From NCBI GenBank assembly GCA_051294375.1, contig CM119269.1, positions 9,241,274 to 9,305,273 on the forward strand: a stretch of DNA of 64,000 nucleotides. Direction: 5' to 3'. Shown here piece after piece: positions 53,818-64,000 of the stretch. Every line of letters starts with the position of its first letter. The stretch's first letter is position 1. A program made the translations under genes and the position numbers. The notes beneath the pieces were generated by a model, which did no database searches, had not been told where the DNA came from, and saw nothing but the letters and a program-made list of their open reading frames with translations. The DNA comes from Paraspadella gotoi (Eukaryota; Animalia; Chaetognatha).

Positions 53818-54918
53818 AGATTCCTGACGAAAGAGTGATAGCGTGACCCGAACATTTTCGGTGAGAAGCGACGAAATTTGATGAGATGTGATGTGATGTG
53901 ATTGAAGAATCGCGTGATTTTCGACTGTGAAAAAAAGCGAAAGAATTCGGCGGAAAGAAATTTAAATTCAGGTTTCATTGTAAACTATATGTTTCATGTT
54001 TTGACGAATAAGGAATTTAGAGATTTTACTGTATTTAACGGATTATTTACATAGCAATTTCGCGTGATTACTCTTAAATCTATAAGACCAACTAAGCTAA
54101 CCAATCGTTTTTATGTCCTGATTTACTTTTTATAACTATAGAAATTATTTAAAATCGTAAAAAATTTTTAACTTCCTTTCACAAATATCAATTTGACAAA
54201 AACCGAGCTAATAAGTCAATTAAGTCACTTGTTATAATTTGTATATTTCTATAAAAAAAGTAACGCGTTTTTATCTTTGTTTTATTTTCCAAAATGAAAT
54301 CAATCTTTGAAAATGACTCTTATCGTCATATAATTATTAAAGTTCAACAATAAAAATTACAATTTTTTAATTTAAACGAAAACAATAGGAGTGGAGCAAT
54401 GCTCGTCAAAAATTGATAAATTAGTAGAGTAAAAGTGGAAGGTTTGTCTTTGTAGCAAAATAAAAAAAAAGGTGGTAATAAATATGACCCGTGTTTTTGA
54501 ACTTTTGCAAGTGAGTAAAATTTAATCCAAAAATTATTTTTCTACGTCTGTATTTGAATTCGTGTTTGTAAAGAAACATTCGTGAGTAAGTTATTCTCTT
54601 GTTAGTATTTGGGCTAAAAAAAAATATACAAGAGGTGTATATCACAGCAGAATGTCACTATTCTAAAGTATGATAAAGCCATTCAAAAAACATAGTTCGG
54701 CCTGTTTTACTATGAACTCTGCACCAACTCTGCAAAAAATATTGTAAAATAGTTTAATACTTTAAAAATTTTGTAGATTTGGTTTCAATATTTCAATAAA
54801 TATTGATGTAAAAAACAAACGGCGAGCGGGGGTTCATTTACAGGCATTCCGGTATTCAGCTGTAAATGATGACATGGTCAGAAAAAATCTTTGTATAAAT
54901 TAAGTTGATGATTTGGCT

Positions 54919-56832
54919 TCAACTAATTCCGCTGTTTATTTTTTCGGAGCGAATTTTGTCTTTTGTTTTCTGGAAATCGGGAGACACAATTCGTTGATTC
55001 TGTTCGATGCTTGAGCTATCAGCGCCCCTGACGGAACTAGGTATGGATCGTACTCGGACTCCTGGAATTTAATTTGAAATTTTTTTCTTTTCTATAAAAG
55101 ATAAATATAATTTAAGATTATTCTACGATTGATAAGGTTATTAAAAAATGTGTCATTATAATCAACATATACATCTACAACAAAACGACAATGTAATACT
55201 ACATTAATATATTCGCTCAACAATACATTTCCAAGCTTCCATCCTCCTGAAGTCAGTCCCCACCTTGTCCAGTCGCGGTTTGGGGATCGACAATTCCTGG
55301 ACGCGACTCGAAGCTCTCCCTCGCTTCGCTCCCTGCGTGGGCGGGCGAGCGATGGGGCGGGGTGGGATCCAAGTGGAAGGGACGTCCTTGGCCGCTGAGA
55401 GGTGGACAAGTCTGGGTAGAGAGTGAAACGAGGGGGGGGAGGGATGGAGGGGGGAGGTTGGGGGTTTGGGGGTGGTTTAAATAAGATTAATGCATCAGGA
55501 ATGGTTGGATTGGACGAGGAGATTCTAGTTATTTGTTTCACTGATGAATTGATTCATTTTTTTATTTATTAATTGCTTGATTGATTGATTGGTTCATTCA
55601 TTCATTCATTTATTCCTTCATTCATTCATTCATCAGTGGATGTAAGAACGTAATTAATAATTGTATTATTAAAATACAGTTACAAATACACCGAAGAATA
55701 ATTTAAGTATCGTTCGACCGCGTATCTAAGCGACCGAACACTCCCGGATTCAAGGCCTGACCTATTTTCCTTCCACTCACCTGTCAGAACAGGCGGCCTT
55801 TGGGACGCGCCTGACCGACCATTCCCCCCGATTAATCGCCTGATCCACTTACCTGGAGGAGCAGGCGGCCTTTTTGGCGTTCTCGCCCACGGACGTGATT
55901 GGTTCAGGATAGAGAGGAATCTCGATTGCGCAAGTATTCAGGCGAAGTTTCGCTGTCGATAAAACTTGGATTCTTGGAGGAAAAGAGGGAGAAAATGTTG
56001 TTGTTGTTAATTTTATTATTTTTTTAAATTCGACTGTCTTCGTCGTCAATTTTCTACTCATTGGTCAATTTCAGTTGGAAAAATTGCACACTGAAAAATT
56101 TGTCGTAGAACGAAAAAAAAACAAACAAAAACATAAGAAAACAAAACATTCATAAACAAACTCTTTTTTTAAAAGTTTTAAAGTTTAGTTATTATCTCTT
56201 TTTTGATAAAAGAAAACGAAACAAAATAAAATAAACTAAACAAACATTACAAAACAAAAAATAAAACAAAACAAAAGAAATGAAAACAAAGCAAACGCGT
56301 CAACATAACAACAAATCCGTTCCATTCCCTCCACGCTAACCTCGGCGTCGCCTCCGCCTTCTTCGCCGCCGCCGACGGCTTCGTCGACGACGCCACCCTC
56401 GAAGTCACGTGATCAGGGTGAGCGGGGCGGTGACGCGCCAACGCCGACACGCGCGGCGAAGAAGAGGCGTGGCGCGCGGCGTCCGTCACTCGCCAAACTG
56501 GCGAAGATCGAGGAGCGAGGTACCGAGGATCCAGGGGGCGTGCCGCTAAGAAGGAAACGTGATATAGTTGTACTTTTGCCATTCACCTCGGACTGTTACT
56601 TTGCCACTCACCCGCCAGCTGCGTTTGTCTCGGCGTCATCGGGGCCGGTTTGACCGGCGGCGCCTTTTCTATCCAGTAGAGGGAGCGCCGGTCGGGGAAG
56701 CGAAGAAAGTCTTTCTTGGGACTGGACAAAACCTGAGGACCAAGAAGTGGCGGGGTCAGCTCTTGAGGGAAAGGACAAATATTTTGATTTCAGATTGGAC
56801 AAATAAAACGAAACCTGGAGACGCGTCGCCAT
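54919..56832 (-). CDS. THEG: THEG-repeat protein, paralog B; exons 56815-56832, 56612-56732, 56341-56545, 55853-55972, 55264-55411, 54919-55061
   Basis: MATRLQVLSSPKKDFLRFPDRRSLYW..SSPRVSALARHR..SSRVQELSIPKP..EYDPYLVPSGALIAQASNRINELCLPISRKQ; all six exons phase-consistent; typical A.S.R..ELA.PK repeats. Confidence 0.85.
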
Positions 56833-56838
56833 GGTAAC
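56825..56838. promoter_or_regulatory. RFX X-box overlapping the THEG-B start codon
   Basis: GTCGCCATGGTAAC fits the X-box consensus at every position. Confidence 0.65.
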
Positions 56839-57364
56839 GAATGTTTGGAGTAAAGACTTCGTTGTCTGGGATGAGCCAAGTGATTTAAAACTTGGCGTCA
56901 AAATTATATGAAGGGTCAACAAGAAATTAATAAATCTATGACTATGACAATGAATTCTAAAGAAACGATTTGTTTCGACAATAATTATTTTATACATAAA
57001 CAGTAACAGAATTATTAGAATAGCCATTAAATTAATTTAAAATAGGCAAGGAGAACGTTAAAAGTAGAGGCAAGTTCTGACTTTGGTTCATAATTTATAG
57101 TAAAAGGCTCCAGGTTTTTCCATTTAAATTTGTTTACGTTTAATTATTTTTTATTCAAGGTAATATTTTTTTTCTAATAGAATAAACCAAAATTGCACAA
57201 AGAATCAAAGAATTATTATTATCAGTTAAATATTATTTTCTGTCAATAGGTATATAAATCGAATGAGATATTAACATTTTCCGTCGTCCAAAACGTGTAT
57301 CTTTTCGTCTTGCTTGCCTTCACATCATTGCTTTTGTTTTCTCTTTATTGCTTTTATTTTTTCT

Positions 57365-57663
57365 TCATTGCTTTTCTTTCTTCTTAAAGACGATGCGCGC
57401 CCTCTGTCGCCTAGCTACGGGAACAGAAAGTTCGTTGGTTCGTTCCGAAGCGCGCGCCATCAGTGCGCTAGATGGGATGAGGTAGGGATCGTAGTCAGCG
57501 TCCTAAAGTGAGGAAGTTAATGAGTTAAATAAAGTCAATTTAAGGCGGTTAAAATTACAGCTTATCTTATCTTATCTTTATCACAGGTTATCTTATCTTA
57601 TATTCACTATCTTTATTATCTCTATTATTTTTATCATCGCTAGGAATTTTGGAGGAATAGTAC

Positions 57664-57752
<89 letters not shown>

Positions 57753-58230
57753 AAAGAGGCCAACTTAGTAACCTTGTCCACTTTGGGCTTAGCGACGCAG
57801 AGCTGAACGACTCGATCGCTCGGCGCCGCTTGCAGCGCCCCCTTCGTCGGGCGCCATGCGGATCTCCGCGGCGGTTCCCACGACGGGTTGGCGTCTTTGG
57901 CGACGGAGAGATTCTCCAAGCGCGCCGTGCATTTGGCGTTGAGCGTCGCCGCCTGGACGCGCGTAACCGGAAACGCGAGCTCGGGCATCGAACGCTCGTT
58001 AGCGCGTTTTGGTCTTGGGCGTGGTCGGGCGAGGACGTTCAGTCTGGGGAGGAAGAGCGACTTGGTTTCGATGGATAAGATTGTTTCATTAATTGATTGA
58101 TAGATTTTTTGATTGGTTGATGGATTCATTCAGAGAGAGAGACAGAGAAAGAAAGAAGGAAAGAAAGAAGGAAAGAAAGAAAGAAGAAAGAAAAGAAGAA
58201 AGAAAAGAAAAAGAAAGAAAAGATAAAAAA

Positions 58231-58262
<32 letters not shown>

Positions 58263-58885
58263 GTCCGACCGACCTAGTCCTTTTACCTCTCCGACGCCGT
58301 GGCGTTCCTCGCGCCCTCTGACGGTGGGGCCGTCAAGTCTCTCGGTTCCTCGTAACCGGAATAAACGCCCTTCGGTTTAGCGAGGGCGAGGACGCGGGAC
58401 GACGCCGGCGCGGTCGACAATGGGGCGGCGCCAGTCGCCCAAGCGGCGTCGCGCGGAACGCGATACGCGGGGGAAAGGATTTTCGCGGCTGGAAAAACGG
58501 AAGAGAAATTTCGATTCGGGCGAAGGATGAAACAGTTAATGAAAATATAATTACATTTTTTTTTAAATTGGAGTGTAATGCTGACCCGCTTACACCGCAC
58601 ACTTACTGTCACTATCTAACACACTGAGATAATTAAATAATTAACTAAAAACAGACATACGTATACGATACACACACCGAAACTCTCCCTCATTCCAATC
58701 CGTTTGTAGAGTCCAGACGAGTATTTGCGACTCGGATGCTCACCTGATAGTTCCAATTGGCGTTTCGTCAATGGCGGCGCCGCGCCTCCATCAGCGCCTC
58801 CGCGGCGCCAATAGACTGACCGCAGATCCGAGTGACGCAAAAAGTCTTTTTTTGGTTCGGACAAAACTTGGAGTCTCCCTGCCAT
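57365..58885 (-). CDS. THEG: THEG-repeat protein, paralog A; exons 58744-58885, 58287-58488, 57773-58043, 57365-57502
   Basis: MAGRLQVLSEPKKDFLRHSDLRSVYW..ASSRVLALAKPK..APSDRVVQLCVAKPKVDKDADYDPYLIPSSALMARASERTNELSVPVARRQR; phase-consistent GT-AG exons. Confidence 0.85.
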
Positions 58886-59429
58886 CGCCGCCCTCCAGAG
58901 AGGGGACAGGATGACCCAGCTTGGGGCGGGACGGAGAGTTAACCCTAACTACGTTGGCGAGGGGACGGCAGATCCGGTTTTTGGATCGTATGACCCTTAG
59001 GATACTAGACTTTTTTGGAAAGAACGTTTTTATTTAAGGTTGGGAGGATTTTTCAGAAATCAATTATGAATAAAACATTTTTTTCTTAGCCTGCTAAAAC
59101 AAATTAGTTAATTGAAATTTTTAACAGTCGATGAACCATGAAAAAAAATAATTAAACGTAACTAAACTTTCAAATTCTAGATTTTGCATTTTTTTATAAC
59201 TTAGCAAATTCTAGATTTTGCATTTTTTTATAACTTAGCAAATAACTGCATTGAAGAAAATAAAAAAAAGCATGTAGCAAGTAATTTTTTGTTTGCATTT
59301 AAAATGTTAAAAAACCTACAAAACAACTCTCCCATCGCGAAAATTTATGGAATATTAAAATAAATACTTTATTTCATTGTCTTCTTGTTGTCGGAAAACC
59401 CCGAGGTAGATTTTCCCTTGGCAAAGGAT

Positions 59430-59443
59430 GTTGCCATGGCTTC
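59430..59443. promoter_or_regulatory. X-box-like motif upstream of THEG-A
   Basis: GTTGCCATGGCTTC, two mismatches from GTTGCCATGGCAAC, ~550 bp 5' of the ATG. Confidence 0.4.
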
Positions 59444-60672
59444 CCCGGATCTCGGATCCCGGATTCGTTTCCTCCGATGATCTTTTGTTCAAATTTGAGA
59501 TTCGAGATTCGAAAGCAGACGAAATTGGAGTCATCCTTCATCGTCTGCTTCATCGTCGTCGTCGTCTGCTTCGTCGTCGTTCTCGACCTCATCGTCTTCC
59601 TCCTTGTCGTCGTCGTCATATTCTTCGTCCTCCTCATCGTCGTAGCCGTCGTCCTCCCTCAACGTCGTTCGCCGTCTCTCTCTCTCACCTCCCAGCCCGG
59701 TCCATATTCTATCTCCGTCCGCGATGGCCGCCGTCTCCCGCGCCAAGCGATTTTCTGCCGTCGGCGTCGTCTGTTACTCTTACCGGGATTCGTGAATCCG
59801 GCGCCGGAAAGACTGGGTGAGTGTGAAGATGAGGTTTCATTTCAGAATTTGACTTTGGTTCTAACGACGCAGAAAATTGAATCAACAAAAGAGCATCGAT
59901 GATAATTTTTTTAAAAAATTAATTATGAAGGAAATGAGAGAAAAAAATTATTTTAATATTTCGTGATATTTTCGGGTGTGTTGAACGGATGTGAGGCCAA
60001 AGTGCGCAGGAAACCGTATGGTTGATTTCTAAATTTGTTGACATTTCCCGTCGTATTTTTCGTGGTTTTTATGCGATGTTGCTTTTTCGGCTATTTAAGG
60101 CCCATACCAGCTTTAGAACTGTTATTACTTATTAATCATTACGTTGGAATGCCCTAATTTGATTTCAATAAATAATTTTGGGTAAAAAAAAATATAGATT
60201 TGTATTTTTTTTAAATACTATTATTACTTTTTTGAATTTTTAAGCTTTATTTTGGCTTATTTTTTTTCGCTTTTAAACCTCTAACGTTCACAAATTATTA
60301 CTATATAAATGATATTATTTATTTAGACCTTGATACTTTGCTTATCTCTTATGTTATTATATTTTATACACATATCATCCATATTTTTCTATTTCTTTAT
60401 CTTGATCCAAACTTTAGTAGATTAAGTTAACCCTTACCCTGAGCCTTAAGGCATCAAACCAGGGACACGTCATAAATACCTTCGGGGCTTCGAACGTGAC
60501 CTCGGTATTCATTTTTATGACTTAACAGGTTTTACAGGTTTACCTTCTGGTTACGGGATTCGTGACAACGGACTACGATTTTTTTCGGAATAATTCATCG
60601 GTTCGTCACAACAGTTTACAGTTGAGATGCAATATAGCTACGGTTAAAATATATTATTAAATTTTGCATTTA

Positions 60673-61725
60673 GCTGCCGATGATCTCAAGCAAACGAAAA
60701 TGGAGAGAATCAATAACGTTTCAGCTAAAACCGCCGCATCTACTGATGGAGAATCGCAAAGACGAAGTGGTCAAAACGGTAATGCTATGTTATATCTAAT
60801 CGGTACTTTGTGAGTTCGTATTATATTAAGTAATATTTGTGATAATCAAACAGATAAATATACAAACTAACTATCAATAATTAATAACTAGTAATGATAA
60901 TTGACTAATAATGACCGAAAGCAATAATAATTAATAAAAGCGAACAGTAATTACAAATAATCTCCAAAGAAACGGAGATGAGACGAAGACGAAACAGAAG
61001 AAATCCTAACGTTAATTAGTATTGTTCAAGCTCAGGATTCCTACTGTAATAATGATCACGAGAAAGTCAATAGATCCCGTGACGACACAAGATTTTTGAG
61101 AGTCCTTCGTAAATGCAATGTGAATACATATTTGTTACTAAGCTCGCTCTATTTTATGGCCCAGCTTTCTCGATTTATATGTTCATTTCATCCGTTATTT
61201 TGACATTTTCATCTACTTGATTGTTTTATTCTCCGTTTCATATCAATTTACATTTTATGTACTATTTTTGATTTTTCACCTTTTAGACTCGGAAGAAGAA
61301 GGGGAGGATGAAACGGAGTCCTCCTCCCCCGGAGCCCCGTCACCCGCGCCCCCTTCCCCCTCTCCCCCTTCCACTTACGACGACGACGACAAAAGCGACG
61401 ATCGCGACGACGCCGCCTTCAAGTCGACGTCGTCTTCCACCGACTCCGACGACGAGCTGGAGTACGACTGTCAGAGGTCGTTGGAGCAGCAGCTTGAGCA
61501 ATTCCGCACTCAGTGGAGACTGGAGATCGAAGGGGATGACGGTGAGTTTAAGGGGGGGGGCAGACCCGCGTAAGGTTTCCCATCATCCTCCCAACTAAAC
61601 TTACTAAGATCCTCTAGTTAAGTCGTGAGGAGAGGAGGCTTAAGGTCACCTCTGGTCGATAAGAGATTAGAGATCGATGAATCATAGTTTTATCTCTTCG
61701 CCCGCATCCAAGTTGACGTCTCTTT

Positions 61726-61772
<47 letters not shown>

Positions 61773-63929
61773 TTCTCTCTGTTTTATTAAATCAAGTTAC
61801 AATTAGATATAATTCAATTGTCGTTCCAGCGGAAAATTTGACTCCTCGAAAACGACGCGCTCCAAAAAGAAAAGCAAAAAGAGCAAGAAGCGCTTTTCCT
61901 TTATCGTCAGGGAGTGAGGGAAGAGAAGAGAGGAAATATGTATTCGGGTAAGGAAGGGAAGTTTGCCAATTTTTTTGTTGCCTTTTTTAATAATATGTAT
62001 CTATTAGCAATGACCGTATTTCATCCACTCTCTCTCTCTCTAGCGGTAATGATGTACCGCCGAGCGATGCAACTCGTCCCCGAGATCGAGTCCCGCGTCC
62101 CCGAGTTGAAGCAGCTGCAGCACGCCCAGCGGCGGCGTCGGCGGAGGACGTCGTCCGAGTCACAGGGCGGCAGCACGAGCGAGCAGGACGCTGCCGCCGA
62201 CGCCTCGGAGCAGACGAGGCTCGTTGAAGTCCCTACCATCGAGGAAGAGGGTGAGGGAATGAATAGTGGGCGAAAGGTTTGAAGAACCATTGTTCACTGA
62301 TAATTGGGGCTTAATTTGGGTAATGTGGTTTGATTAAATCGGGTTTGTTTTAACCGTTTTTCATATTCATTTATTAATAAATGGGGGTTAATTGGATCTA
62401 AATTCAGTGATTGGGGTTTAATTTATTCCGTCCTCCGTTATCTACTTCGGTCATTTTTTGCCCGATGTCCAGGAGATCGCGAAAAGGCTCCCTCGATTTC
62501 GGAGAGCGACGATTTGGCGAACAAGGAAGAGATGAAGGTCGTCCTCGATCCTTCCGCCTATTTGGAGGAGAACGAGGGAGTCGACGAGGTCATTCCCGAA
62601 GGTTGGTCGGGAGGTTGAAATCTCGCGGGATGAAAAGCGTTCTGCTTGATTATTTGTTGTCAATTTACGAAAGGCGTGTCGCTCGTGCAACACCTCACCA
62701 ACAAAAGGTTGGCCTCCAACGACGCCGCGGACAAAAAATGCTGCGTTCCCGAGAAAGCGATCGAGGTTAAAATTAATAACTTGAGCTTTGTAATAGTTTT
62801 CTATTTAAAGATCATTGACATTGTAATCGTTGTATCTACTATCTGGTGCTCATTTGAAAATGATTTCCCTTTACTTTTTCAGGATGGATCAAAGCATTTT
62901 TCCCATCTTCCCCCAGAGATTATGCTGTACATACTTCAGGTTAGTCCAAGCGCGTCTTATTTCTGATTTTGTGATGACCATCCTGACGCGAATGTCTCCT
63001 CCAGTGGGTTATCTCCGAAGATTGCGATGTTCGATCCTTGGAGAGATTCTCCGCCGTTTGTCGAGGCTTCTTCCTACTTGGACGAGACGGGGATCTCTGG
63101 CGGATGCTTTGCCAGAAGATGTGGACCATGGACTGTTTGCGGCCAAAGGTTGGGTTCATTGGCAAATTGTGTAAATGATATATCACAGCTGTTAATATTA
63201 CCCATCGAATTGTTTTAAACCAGATTTTGGGCTACGACTCCTGGCGCCACATGTTCCTCCGTCGGCCGCACCCAATTTTCGACGGGATCTACATCGCCAA
63301 AACTTCCTACATTAGACAGGTTCTTGTTTTTGATCTCTGGAGATTTTTTCGAAATTTTTCTTTCGCGTGAGATCAAGTTACGAGGATGCCGACTGCCGAG
63401 GATGCGATTATATGATATAAGTTTACTGTAATAGTCTTTTATCTTTTAGGCATTCGATCATCCCAGATAGGCATTCTTGGTCGTCCTCCACTAACTTCTC
63501 AACTCTCTACTAAACTTCCCATCCCTTTAGGGCGAGCAAACTTTCGGCAGCACCTACTGTCACTGGCAACTCGTCGAATACTTTCGTTACGTCCGACTTT
63601 TCTCTGACGGTTTCATGTTGATGTTGACGACTTGCGACGACCCCATCACAACCATCCCCAAAATCAAGAGTCGGCACTCAAAATATCCGGGACTCATGAC
63701 GGGTAAGTTGAATCAAAAAGAATTAAATACAATGATAAATTTAAATAATTTTATCCACTTTACACAGGCTATTACCGAACCATGGACTGCAATGACGGGA
63801 AGGAGCGTTTGACGGCTCAGTTGACGCGCGCCGCGCCGGCGCCCGTCGGACCCTCGAGAAGGCCTCCCGGTGGGCGTGGCAACAAAGGTGCCAATGCCGG
63901 TCAAGAAGGAACGCAAACCTTTCATTTGG
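60673..63929 (+). CDS. FBXO9: F-box only protein 9, 3' end beyond window; exons ~60673-60778, 61287-61541, 61830-61947, 62044-62250, 62474-62602, 62674-62765, 62883-62939, 63005-63148, 63224-63319, 63531-63702, 63769-63929
   Basis: [49 protein letters not shown]-box [67 protein letters not shown] and [14 protein letters not shown]. Confidence 0.95.
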
Positions 63930-64000
63930 GTACAGATTTTGAAGTCATTTACTGGGATCTAGTTTCTTATGGTCTTTTTGCGTATTTTTATTCTAGTAAT

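Noticed and set aside
59172-59243. 34-bp direct tandem duplication
   Set aside because: Ordinary slippage duplication in AT-rich DNA.
41645-61845. Frameshifts in TTC16 (~41651), the caspase-like gene (~49300) and FBXO9 (~61840) as pseudogenisation or programmed frameshifting
   Set aside because: All lie in or beside homopolymers in an assembly with abundant 1-nt indels, so sequencing error is the simpler explanation.

Overview
Eukaryotic, very probably invertebrate animal, genomic DNA: rich in microsatellites (AG, GAC, ATC, ATTC), with short introns (many 64-80 nt), N gaps and homopolymer frameshifts that look like noisy long-read gap filling. Most listed ORFs are microsatellite artefacts, so the gene models here come from manual exon splicing. 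1-14 kb has no confident CDS (GC islands, two minisatellites). 12.2-25.1 kb is a ~6.4 kb inverted duplication around a 25-N gap, probably an assembly artefact, carrying an N-terminal-half SLC1/EAAT-like gene with intronic tRNA-His and tRNA-Asn. Downstream lie an SMKR1-like gene, two F5/8 type C (discoidin)-like genes flanking an ankyrin+SOCS-box gene, TTC16 (intronic tRNA-His), a caspase/metacaspase-fold protein with a degenerate catalytic dyad, two tandem THEG-repeat paralogs and FBXO9 (runs off the end). The best leads are the pseudo-caspase, relaxed splice sites (one GA donor, two GC donors, several AAG/GAG acceptors), RFX X-boxes at the cilia/sperm genes, and intron differences between the THEG paralogs. 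No clearly new multi-gene system could be demonstrated. All family assignments rest on recalled motifs, not database searches.
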